A DNA stretch of 50,207 nucleotides, from positions 1-50,207 of the forward strand of contig CAYVAH010000002.1 in the NCBI GenBank assembly GCA_964449215.1, in the 5' to 3' direction. The notes under the pieces were generated by a model. The model searched no databases. It was not told the DNA's origin and saw nothing but the letters and a program-made list of their open reading frames with translations. Of this stretch, positions 7,317 to 15,341 are shown piece by piece; the first letter of the stretch is position 1, and the number at the start of each line of letters is the position of its first letter. Position numbers and translations under genes: made by a program. Source of the DNA: Candidatus Undinarchaeota archaeon (GTDB lineage: Archaea > SpSt-1190).

Positions 7317-10300
7317 AAAGCTCACAATGAAAGGCTTCAAGTCGTTCTCGAAGCAGACCTCCCTGATATTTTCTCCGGGGATAACCGCCATAGTTGGACC
7401 CAACGGCTCAGGGAAAAGCAACATCATAGACGCGATAAGCTTTGTCATGGGCAGTCTGAGCTTTTCTTCGCTGCGGGCCAAGAGCGCGGAAAATCTGCTC
7501 TACTTCGGAAAGACCAAAAAAGCGAGAGAAGCAGAGGTCGATCTGACCATCCGGGCTGACAGCCCAATAGCAGAAGATGGGGTCATAAGGCTGAACAGGA
7601 AGCTGTTGAGTGACGGAACAAGCATCTACAGAATAAATGGGAAGCGCTCAACCCGGCTCGCCACCCTCGACGCCCTTGCTTCGATTCACATTTTTCCGGA
7701 CAGCCACAACGTCGTTCACCAGGGGGAAATCACCAAGTTCATAAACATGACCCCCAGGGAGAGGCGCGAGCTGATTGAAGTCGTTGCGGGAATCGAGCTC
7801 TATGAAACCAAAAAGAGGAAGGCGATGACAGACCTTGAAAATGTCGAGGCAACAGCTGAAAAGGTCGAAGCGGTCCACAGCGAAAGAATGAGAATATTCA
7901 ACCGGTTGAAGGAAGAGCAAGAAAAGGTCAGGAGGTTCAACGAGCTCAAACAGCTTGAAGAAAGAGCAAGGTTCGGACTCCTGTTGAAGAAGATAGAAAG
8001 GCTGAAGGAAGATGCGAGGAGGTTGCTGGAGGAAAAAAACCTCAAGAAACAGGAAATCGAGCGGATCAATGAGGAGCTCGGAAAGAAGGCAGAGGAACTC
8101 TCCGAGCTCAACACCGCACTTGAAAAACAGGGAATGCGGGAAAAGGTCGAAACCATGACGAGGCTCGAAGGACTGAAGATGGAACTCAACAAGCTGGAAT
8201 CTGAAAAGGAAGAGGAAGCAAAGGGCATAGAAAAGGTAAAGAACAGGCTTGAGTCAATAAGGGCCCAGGTTGATGGGCTGAGGAGGAGAAAATCGGACAT
8301 CGTGCAGGAGCTGAAGGAGAAGAGAAAGCGGCTCGGGGAAGTGCAGGAAGAACTGAGGAAACTGAAGAAACTGAAGGACGAACTCGTGGCCAAACTTTCA
8401 GAAGCGAGACAGAACTATGAAAAACGGAAAAGGGAGTACGGGAGACTCAAGGAGAAGAAGGAAAAACTGGTGCTGAGAAGCAAGGAAGTCCAGCTGGAGA
8501 AGCGATCAGCAGAGGGCATCCTCGAGAACCTGTCGAATAAACTCAAGAGGGAGGAGGAGCGGAAACTGAAGCTCGAAGCCGCAAGAAAGAGAGCAATTGA
8601 GGAAAGAAAGGTCCTGGAGAGGGAAGCAGAGGAGATTAGAAGCAGGCTGGGTGCTGTGGAAAAGAGCATAGAGAAACTCCGGAAAAAAGAACGTGCCATA
8701 ATTCACTCATCCAGCCTCCCGGCAGGTGTGAGGGAACTCAAGGAAAAGGGCTTCAGGGTGCTGGGAGAGGTCGTCGAGGACCCGACGGGACTGATGCCCT
8801 TCGCGTTGAGTGTTGTGGTCCCTGAGAGTGAGGAACCAGAACTCGAGAGGGGATGGGCGTTCCTGTTACCCGAGAACTTCGACACAAAAAAACTCAGGGA
8901 ACTGTCAAGGCTTGGCAGACCCCTCGGGAGGATAACCCCCTATGAATTCAAGGGGGAAAAAGAGCGGGGCAGGGAACTCAAAGAAATCGAGCAGAAGCTG
9001 AAGGCGCTGGAAGGAGAAGCCTCTGCCCTTAGAAAAAGGAAGGTGGAAATAGAAGCCGTGCTCAGCAGGAAACTCGACCCACATGAGATGAAGTCCGTCC
9101 TGGACAGCATAAACTCCCTGAAAAAAGAAATTTCAAGGAGGAAAAGGAAAATCTCAGCCCTCGACAGGGAACTGGGAGAACTTGACAGTCAGATCTCAAA
9201 GATTGGGGAATTGAAGGAACCCGAACTGGAAGAGAAGAGTCGAATCGACGAGCTCACGTCAGACCTCCTCAAGCTTGAATCCGAGGCCATGAGGTTATCC
9301 TCGGAGATAAAAGCCGGAGAGAACACGCTGAAGAACCTGGTGGAGCCGGACATAAAAAGTTATGAAAAGCTTTGCAGGGAACTCCTCGAGGAAATAAAGC
9401 TGAGAAAGGGGCGAATCGGGGAACTGGACCGAAAGAAGGCAGAACTGCAAGGGAGGTTGGAGGGGCTCGAAGCAAAGGTTTCGGAGATAGACAGACACCT
9501 GAAGACCGGCCTCGGACGCAAGTCGGAACTTGAAGAGCTGATAAAGCAGTCCCAGACAAGGCTCTACCAGTTGAAGGCAGATATAACCGTCATAGATGAA
9601 AGATTGAAGGACATCCGTGCAAAGGTCGGCTCCCTCGAGGCATCGAAGCCCGGAGGCATCGAGCCCGTTGAAAATCCCGAAGCCGTTCTCAGGGAAGTGA
9701 CCGAGGAACTGGAGAAACTGGGAACATTGAACTTCAGGGCAACCGAAGAATTTGAGGAAATCAGCCGCATGGTCAAGGACATAAGTGACAGGCTGGAGAA
9801 GCTCAGGGAGGAGAGGAATGCCATACTGAAAATGATGGAGGAGATTGAAGAACAGAAAAGGCAGGTGTTCCTGGACACCTTCAAAAAGATAAACGATAAC
9901 TTCAGCAGAATATTCTCCGAGGTCATGGACGGCACGAGCAGGCTCGAGCTGGACAGCGAAGACCCATTCGAATCAGGAGTTCATATAAAAACAAATGTTC
10001 GCGGGAGAGACCTGCCCACCGAATCCCTTTCCGGGGGACAGAAAACCCTGGCAGCCATAGCACTCATATTCGCCATACAGGAAGTGAAGCCATCCCCATT
10101 CTACATATTTGATGAAGTTGATGCGGCACTGGATAAGGACAACAGCGAGAAGCTCGCTGCCATGCTGAAGGAAATGAGCAAGACCACACAGATAGTCACC
10201 ATCACGCACAACGACACGGTGGTGAGGGAATCGGACCAGATTGTCGGAGTGTACATGAAGGGCGGTTACAGCAGGCTCCTGAGCCTCCCGAAAGAAAAGG

Positions 10301-10371
10301 TGCTCGAAGAGGCGGATAGCTGGATAGGGAGAAAAGAAGAGCCTCAGGGATCACCTCCTTCTCATCAGTGA
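7285..10371 (+). CDS. smc: chromosome segregation protein SMC (short hinge)
   Basis: GFKSF, Walker A GPNGSGKSN, Q-loop VHQG, long coiled coils, signature LSGGQK, Walker B IFDEVDAALD, ITH. Confidence 0.93.
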   Translation: MRNMKNGSRLEKLTMKGFKSFSKQTSLIFSPGITAIVGPNGSGKSNIIDAISFVMGSLSFSSLRAKSAENLLYFGKTKKAREAEVDLTIRADSPIAEDGVIRLNRKLLSDGTSIYRINGKRSTRLATLDALASIHIFPDSHNVVHQGEITKFINMTPRERRELIEVVAGIELYETKKRKAMTDLENVEATAEKVEAVHSERMRIFNRLKEEQEKVRRFNELKQLEERARFGLLLKKIERLKEDARRLLEEKNLKKQEIERINEELGKKAEELSELNTALEKQGMREKVETMTRLEGLKMELNKLESEKEEEAKGIEKVKNRLESIRAQVDGLRRRKSDIVQELKEKRKRLGEVQEELRKLKKLKDELVAKLSEARQNYEKRKREYGRLKEKKEKLVLRSKEVQLEKRSAEGILENLSNKLKREEERKLKLEAARKRAIEERKVLEREAEEIRSRLGAVEKSIEKLRKKERAIIHSSSLPAGVRELKEKGFRVLGEVVEDPTGLMPFALSVVVPESEEPELERGWAFLLPENFDTKKLRELSRLGRPLGRITPYEFKGEKERGRELKEIEQKLKALEGEASALRKRKVEIEAVLSRKLDPHEMKSVLDSINSLKKEISRRKRKISALDRELGELDSQISKIGELKEPELEEKSRIDELTSDLLKLESEAMRLSSEIKAGENTLKNLVEPDIKSYEKLCRELLEEIKLRKGRIGELDRKKAELQGRLEGLEAKVSEIDRHLKTGLGRKSELEELIKQSQTRLYQLKADITVIDERLKDIRAKVGSLEASKPGGIEPVENPEAVLREVTEELEKLGTLNFRATEEFEEISRMVKDISDRLEKLREERNAILKMMEEIEEQKRQVFLDTFKKINDNFSRIFSEVMDGTSRLELDSEDPFESGVHIKTNVRGRDLPTESLSGGQKTLAAIALIFAIQEVKPSPFYIFDEVDAALDKDNSEKLAAMLKEMSKTTQIVTITHNDTVVRESDQIVGVYMKGGYSRLLSLPKEKVLEEADSWIGRKEEPQGSPPSHQ

Positions 10372-10400
10372 TCAGGTCAAGCCACTATCCTCATCGGCAG
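10341..10400 (-). ncRNA. candidate box C/D guide sRNA (guides complementary to the 16S 3' end and probably the 23S 5' end)
   Basis: Minus strand reads C box CCGATGA (10397-10391), guide GGATAGTGGCTTGAC, D' CTGA (10375-10372), C' TGATGA (10367-10362), guide GAAGGAGGTGATCC, D CTGA (10347-10344); TTATAA at 10420-10425 upstream; ends approximate. Confidence 0.8.
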
Positions 10401-10429
10401 TAATCCCTGTATGCTCTGCTTATAACCCT

Positions 10430-10612
10430 TTAGAAGTTGTCTTCAGAGAATTTTTCGTCGAACTCTTCTTCCAGTTCATCGAGGTCATCCTTGAACAAAG
10501 ACTTCCTGGTCTTCTTCTCCATGTCAGCCTCCTCCATCCCCTCGAGAAACCCCTGCTCCTCCCAAACCTCTTCCTCATCATACTGGTCTTCCAGCTCTTC
10601 TTCGCTGAACAC
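10430..10612 (-). CDS. small highly acidic protein
   Basis: 60 aa, 27 Asp/Glu; GTG start; TTAAAA-like element upstream. Confidence 0.65.
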   Translation of the reverse strand: MFSEEELEDQYDEEEVWEEQGFLEGMEEADMEKKTRKSLFKDDLDELEEEFDEKFSEDNF

Positions 10613-10700
10613 GTAGAAGAAGAGGGTGTCCGACTTTTAAGATTTGTGTTTAACTTTCTGGTTGTGCAAAGACCTAATGAAAAAACGACAGAAGTCGAAA

Positions 10701-11036
10701 TCAGCGCAGCCCGGTGCATCTCCAGTTTATTTCCGCCTCTCCGGTATTCACATCCACCACGCAAGCAGGACTGCAACCCGGCCGGTCAAGGTCCAGTTCA
10801 ATCCACCACGTTCCGGTGTAGGCATTGCACATCCTGAAATCTGTGAGGTTTCCCTCTGCACACTCACTTGCCAGAGCAATTGACCTCGCCATTTCCCAGC
10901 TCATATTGGCCCCGGTCCTGCTATCCACACAGGTATCTGCCAGTCCGCTCTGAAAGTCGGTGAAGCGCACGAGAATCCCAACAAACAGGAACAGCACAAT
11001 TAGCAACAACCCCCCAAGAACATACACCTTACTCAT
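10701..11036 (-). CDS. membrane-anchored Cys-rich extracellular protein
   Basis: N-terminal TM helix; six Cys; CNAYTGTWWIELDLDRPGCSPACVVDVNTGEAEINWRCTG. Confidence 0.75.
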   Translation of the reverse strand: MSKVYVLGGLLLIVLFLFVGILVRFTDFQSGLADTCVDSRTGANMSWEMARSIALASECAEGNLTDFRMCNAYTGTWWIELDLDRPGCSPACVVDVNTGEAEINWRCTGLR

Positions 11037-11072
11037 TCAAAACTCAGCCACCACCAATAAAAACGTTTCCGG

Positions 11073-11999
11073 TCAGGGGTCAACACCCCTTTTGCTGATC
11101 GGGGCAACCCGTGTGTTGTCCCACAGCTCCTCCAGCTCGGAGGAATACCTCCTGGGGGCAATCATATGGACGGTGGGCCCAGCATCAAGAGTATATATCA
11201 CAGGGACCCCGGAGCCCCGGAGATCAATCACCCTGGAAATAAGCTCCCCTGTTTCTCTGGTGAGGTAACTGAAAGGAGGGTCACTCGTTGCGGCTATCGC
11301 ATGTATGAGCATGGCATCGGTCTCCACAGGTCCTTCAAGAGCTGACATGTCCCGTTCCTGCACGGCCCGCTTTACCTCCCCAATCATACGGTCAACCAGC
11401 CCCATCCTGACCGTGTGCAGGGGACTTGAGTGAACGAGACGGTGAGCAGTTGCGGAACCGACGGCTTTTGGCCTGCTTGAAACGATGGCAACAACATCAA
11501 CGAGCCGCCAGTGCGAGGCGGGAAGGAAGGACTCGGCATACGACTCCTCATGGGAGTTGCCGGCATGCCATTCAACAAAGCCACCGAAAACCGAGCGGGA
11601 AGCGGAGCCGGAACCGAGGCGGGCAAGCCTGCTCAGCCCCGTGGAATCAAGACCCAGGGAAAACTGCTGGTCCAGCTCGGCGGCGAGCGAAGAAAAAACA
11701 GCCGCAGAAGCCGCTATCCCTACGGAGCGCGGGAAGTTCAGCTCAAACCTGACTTCAAAAGGTTTGATGCGATAGAACATTGAAGCTGTGCGGTAGAACT
11801 CCTCGAACCTCTCCAGAGCAGCACCCCTGAGTGGGGCATCATTGAACACCACACGAACCCTGTCATCAGGCCGGGCCTCGCACACCGAAGTGAGACCATC
11901 AAGCGTAAACGAAAAACTGGAATTCGTAGGAAGGTTCAACCCGGGGTCACGGGTTCCCCAATACTTTATCAGGGCTATGTTTGACCTGCCAACTGCCAT
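11073..11999 (-). CDS. mvaD: (di)phosphomevalonate decarboxylase, GHMP superfamily
   Basis: NIALIKYWG, LPTNSSFSFTL, GIAASAA, GSGSASRSVFGGFVEW, YTLDAGP. Confidence 0.9.
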   Translation of the reverse strand: MAVGRSNIALIKYWGTRDPGLNLPTNSSFSFTLDGLTSVCEARPDDRVRVVFNDAPLRGAALERFEEFYRTASMFYRIKPFEVRFELNFPRSVGIAASAAVFSSLAAELDQQFSLGLDSTGLSRLARLGSGSASRSVFGGFVEWHAGNSHEESYAESFLPASHWRLVDVVAIVSSRPKAVGSATAHRLVHSSPLHTVRMGLVDRMIGEVKRAVQERDMSALEGPVETDAMLIHAIAATSDPPFSYLTRETGELISRVIDLRGSGVPVIYTLDAGPTVHMIAPRRYSSELEELWDNTRVAPISKRGVDP

Positions 12000-12008
12000 A
12001 GAAATCGC

Positions 12009-12209
12009 TTATTTCTTGAGGGCTTTCATCATCGGCCGCCACATGAACACCACACCCAGCAAGCCGTACCAGTACCAGTCCAGACTGAGCAGGGGTGGCC
12101 ATAGCTTCGCCAGCATCAGCGCGAACGCGGCAGCACTCCACTTCACCAGCTTTATGTCCCACAGGTCCATTTCCTTCAACTTTCCCTCGGCCCATTCTTT
12201 GTATCCCAT
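12009..12209 (-). CDS. small membrane protein
   Basis: ATG at 12209, MGYKEWAEGKLKEMDLWDIKLVKWSAAAFALMLAKLWPPLLSLDWYWYG; two TM segments. Confidence 0.7.
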   Translation of the reverse strand: MGYKEWAEGKLKEMDLWDIKLVKWSAAAFALMLAKLWPPLLSLDWYWYGLLGVVFMWRPMMKALKK

Positions 12210-12272
12210 CTGAATCACCAAGGGACAGTAGCGGGGCGATATAAATAAATAAGTCCGGGAGGACTGAGAAAC

Positions 12273-12632
12273 GTGAAAGCCCTGGATTTGGGGCACCACC
12301 GACCGGAAAAAACCTTCATAACCTTTCTGGAAAGTGTCCGACTGGAACCTGAAGAACTCAACAGGCTCTCCATGGAAAAAATCGTGGAATACTTGCAGGA
12401 CTTTCGTGAGAAACCACGTGTCGAAAAGCTGAGCTATATCAGGTATGTAGTCAGGGAGTGTAGCAAAAGGGGATATCTGAACAAAGAATGCCTGAGAGCC
12501 CTTAAGCCCACGATAGAAGAGGCTGCCAGAGTCGAGGACGGCTACCTCGATATTGACAGGGCTGTGGAGCTCATGGAAGAACTCCTGCGGTCACCCGTGC
12601 TTTCCAAGTACGCACCATGGAAAAGATACTGA
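12273..12632 (+). CDS. hypothetical protein
   Basis: 119 aa helical-looking ORF after an AT-rich promoter region. Confidence 0.6.
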   Translation: MKALDLGHHRPEKTFITFLESVRLEPEELNRLSMEKIVEYLQDFREKPRVEKLSYIRYVVRECSKRGYLNKECLRALKPTIEEAARVEDGYLDIDRAVELMEELLRSPVLSKYAPWKRY

Positions 12633-12695
12633 TTTATCGACAACTGACTAACAAATATACGACAAACTATAAATAATGGCCCGAAAATTCTTCAC

Positions 12696-13883
12696 ATGGT
12701 CGATACAAAAGACGTGGAAGTCCTCCATGAGGATTTTGTGGAATATCATCCCAGCTGGGGAACAGAACCCATCAAGATAAACAGAAAAAAGGCCAGGGTG
12801 AACGTGGATGGTGTCGAATTATACTTTGAACTCCACTCGGCTGGAGAATCCGACAAAACCGTCCTTCTGGTTCATGGGTTGAGCTCTATAAACAAAACCT
12901 GGGATGAACTCCTGAGAAACGAACTCGCCGCAGCCGGTTACACAGTTGTGATACCCGACCTGCCGAACCACGGCAAGTCCGGATCAATGGACCAAAAAGG
13001 GCTGACAATTTACGACTACCCTGAGAAACTCCACAACAAGATGGAAAAGCTCGGGATCAAGGACTGGGTCACGGCATCCAGTTCGGGATCGGCACCATTC
13101 ATCATGGCGATGGCGGAGAAATACCCGGACAAGGTCAAGGGAGTCTTCAGCTCAGCACCTGTGTGCAAGGTTCGAGAGATTCCCGGGTTGAAATATCTGG
13201 GTTATCACATCACCAAAAATTTTCTTTGCCTGATAGACTTCTTCTGCAGGGACAAGTTCAACATAATGGAAAAAATAAAGAACTACCAAGCGAAGCACAG
13301 GTCCCAAACTGAAGCTGAAAAACGTCTATACCTCCACAGCGCAAAATATGACGCAAGCCGCGGCAAGAACCCCACATACAAACTGACGAACAAGGCATTG
13401 ATACGAACAATAAAGGGGTGGCACAAATATAAGCCAAAGGTTCCTGAAGAGGTGCCCTTCGCAATTCAGTTCTCTGAAAAGGACACTATTGCAAAGGTAA
13501 AGAAATTCACCCTTGTGAAAAATGCCATACTCCGAAAACTCTCCAGGTATGGCCTCGCAAAGCCACCGAAGGAAAAAACAGTTTTGGACCTTTTGGAAAA
13601 GCAAATAGAAAAATACACCGGGATTCACGGGGGGAGCAGACCCCATGTCTACCTGGTAACAGGAGAGGTGGGGCACCACATACAGAAGGAAGCACCGATA
13701 GCCTTCGCAGACAACATCAGGCACTTCATGGAGCAAATAGGTTATCTGCCAGAACAGTATAATGCAAAGAACAAAGGTGTCAGGGAGCTCGAAGGGCTAT
13801 ACCTCAGAGAGCACTTGGAGGATGAAGTGGGAAGAGTCGCTAGGAGGACAAGACACGAAGAATACAAAGCGATGGTGAGCTAA
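12696..13883 (+). CDS. alpha/beta hydrolase fold protein
   Basis: VLLVHGLSS, VIPDLPNHGKS, nucleophile elbow ASSSG, C-terminal GHHIQKEAP. Confidence 0.85.
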   Translation: MVDTKDVEVLHEDFVEYHPSWGTEPIKINRKKARVNVDGVELYFELHSAGESDKTVLLVHGLSSINKTWDELLRNELAAAGYTVVIPDLPNHGKSGSMDQKGLTIYDYPEKLHNKMEKLGIKDWVTASSSGSAPFIMAMAEKYPDKVKGVFSSAPVCKVREIPGLKYLGYHITKNFLCLIDFFCRDKFNIMEKIKNYQAKHRSQTEAEKRLYLHSAKYDASRGKNPTYKLTNKALIRTIKGWHKYKPKVPEEVPFAIQFSEKDTIAKVKKFTLVKNAILRKLSRYGLAKPPKEKTVLDLLEKQIEKYTGIHGGSRPHVYLVTGEVGHHIQKEAPIAFADNIRHFMEQIGYLPEQYNAKNKGVRELEGLYLREHLEDEVGRVARRTRHEEYKAMVS

Positions 13884-13942
13884 CCGTTCTCGCCCTTACC
13901 CGCTCCGCTCGTGCGGGTCACCTCGAAGCCGTTGACGATAAT

Positions 13943-13992
13943 GGGTGCCGGAGGCACCCCTGTTTTTTGCCAGCTTTTTTACAAAAAAGCTG
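13943..13992. terminator. hairpin + T-tract followed by a second inverted repeat (possible bidirectional terminator)
   Basis: GGGTGCC-GGA-GGCACCC (13943-13959) then TGTTTTTT; CAGCTTTTTT-AC-AAAAAAGCTG (13971-13992); lies between the convergent hydrolase and tRNA-Glu. Confidence 0.6.
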
Positions 13993-14065
13993 CCCCAAGC
14001 GGGATTTGAACCCGCGTCTCGGGATTGAGAGTCCCGAATCCTTGGCCGGACTAGACGATTGGGGC
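13991..14065 (-). tRNA. tRNA-Glu(CTC)
   Basis: GCCCCAA...TTGGGGC-A acceptor stem, CGGGA-CTCTCAA-TCCCG anticodon arm, GGTTCAAATC T arm; no encoded CCA. Confidence 0.95.
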
Positions 14066-14172
14066 TTCAGTGATTAGAGGGCGTTCCTGATTTTTAAGTA
14101 TTATCTGAACAAGGCTCAGACCATAATGAAATTACCCCACAAAATATAATAATCACCCGCACTCAGAATGCT

Positions 14173-14580
14173 ATGAGCACATATTACCCGAGCTATTACT
14201 GGGTGCAGCCAAACAATTACCCGCACCCACCACCGGCAAAGAACAAGTGGCTTCCCTGGATGATGATTTTCCTGCTCATAGTTGCTTCATTTTACACCAT
14301 CTACCTCTACATACAGCCAGACTTCGTGCTGGAAAGTGCAGCCTGCAGCAAGCAATACGTGGTCGTGCACCTCATCACCGCCAAAACCGGAAGGTTCTTC
14401 ATGGGGGACTTCTCCGTGAACATCGCCGGCAAGGAGTACACCAAGAAGCTGACGAGCACCGTGGCGGAGGGTGAAAAACTGGACGTGGTGTTCAAGGTCG
14501 CCCTCGCACCCGGAACCTATAGCGGGGAGGCATATTTCCGGGGAAACCTGCTCGGGGAGTTTTCATGCCAGGTCAGGTAG
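14173..14580 (+). CDS. membrane-anchored protein with beta-rich extracellular domain
   Basis: Tyr/Pro-rich N-terminus, one TM helix, alternating beta-strand pattern. Confidence 0.7.
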   Translation: MSTYYPSYYWVQPNNYPHPPPAKNKWLPWMMIFLLIVASFYTIYLYIQPDFVLESAACSKQYVVVHLITAKTGRFFMGDFSVNIAGKEYTKKLTSTVAEGEKLDVVFKVALAPGTYSGEAYFRGNLLGEFSCQVR

Positions 14581-14626
14581 CTTAAATTTATAATTGGGTG
14601 AAGGAAGGTTCTAAAGGTGTGTTCGG

Positions 14627-15163
14627 ATGTTTGAAATTGCAACGATGAGGCAAAATGTCAGGGTCCCCCCTGCAATCTGGAGAAAGGACATAAAGAGGGG
14701 GGTGAAGAGAGCCCTCTCCGAGCTTGAAGGCAAAGTTTCCAAGGCACACGGGATACTGCTGGCAGTCCTGAATGTGAAAACTGTCGGGGAGGGCAGGATA
14801 CTGCCGGGAGATGGTGCTGTTTACTATCCGGCAGTGTTTGAAGCCCTCATATTCCGGCCCGAACTTAATGAAGTGGTGGACAGCGAGGTCACGGACATGA
14901 CAGAATTCGGAGCCTTCCTGAGGGTCGGTGCCCTTGACGGCCTGGTGCACGTGAGCCAGGTCTCGGACGACTTTTTCAGTTACAGCAAGGAAGGGGTGAT
15001 CCAGGGAAAGAAAAGCAAGAAGGTCCTGAAGGTCGGGGACAAGGTCCGTGCCAGGATAATCAGCATAAGTTACAAGGCAGAGCCCGCCAAGCTCGGGTTG
15101 ACCATGCGCCAGCCCGGGCTCGGGAAGTGGGAATGGCTGGAGGAGGAGAGAAGTGGCAAGTAA
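14627..15163 (+). CDS. rpo7: RNA polymerase subunit Rpo7 (E')
   Basis: VRVPP, GEGRILPGDGAVYY, FGAFLRVGALDGLVHVSQV (S1 domain), KLGLTMRQPGLGKWEW. Confidence 0.97.
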   Translation: MFEIATMRQNVRVPPAIWRKDIKRGVKRALSELEGKVSKAHGILLAVLNVKTVGEGRILPGDGAVYYPAVFEALIFRPELNEVVDSEVTDMTEFGAFLRVGALDGLVHVSQVSDDFFSYSKEGVIQGKKSKKVLKVGDKVRARIISISYKAEPAKLGLTMRQPGLGKWEWLEEERSGK

Positions 15164-15341
15164 GAAGGTCTGCAGGAACTGCAGGGTGTTTGTCAGTGGG
15201 GATGCCTGCCCTATCTGTGGAGGAAAGGACTTCAGTTCGACCTGGGCAGGAATTGCAATAATAATTGATCCGACAAGCTCCGAGGTTGCGAAAAAGATGG
15301 GAGTTGATCTCCCCGGAAAATATGCTCTGAAGGTGAGATGA
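15153..15341 (+). CDS. spt4: transcription elongation factor Spt4 (RpoE'')
   Basis: CRNC...CPICG zinc ribbon, [19 protein letters not shown]. Confidence 0.96.
   Translation: MASKKVCRNCRVFVSGDACPICGGKDFSSTWAGIAIIIDPTSSEVAKKMGVDLPGKYALKVR

Noticed and set aside
7648-10209. Ser/Phe/Leu-rich antisense ORFs inside smc (and similar shadow ORFs opposite fen, mcm, lonB, mgtE, fbp and the glycogen genes)
   Set aside because: They are reverse-complement shadows of Glu/Lys-rich coding strands, with no motifs.
10340-10370. CTGATGA as a hammerhead ribozyme core
   Set aside because: No stem II followed by GAAA and no UH cleavage junction.
10348-10390. Plus strand read as an rRNA gene fragment (16S end + 14 nt + 23S start)
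   Set aside because: Only 14-15 nt of each rRNA-like segment is present, and the linker and flanks read as D'/C' and C/D boxes on the opposite strand, so a guide RNA explains it better than an rRNA remnant.
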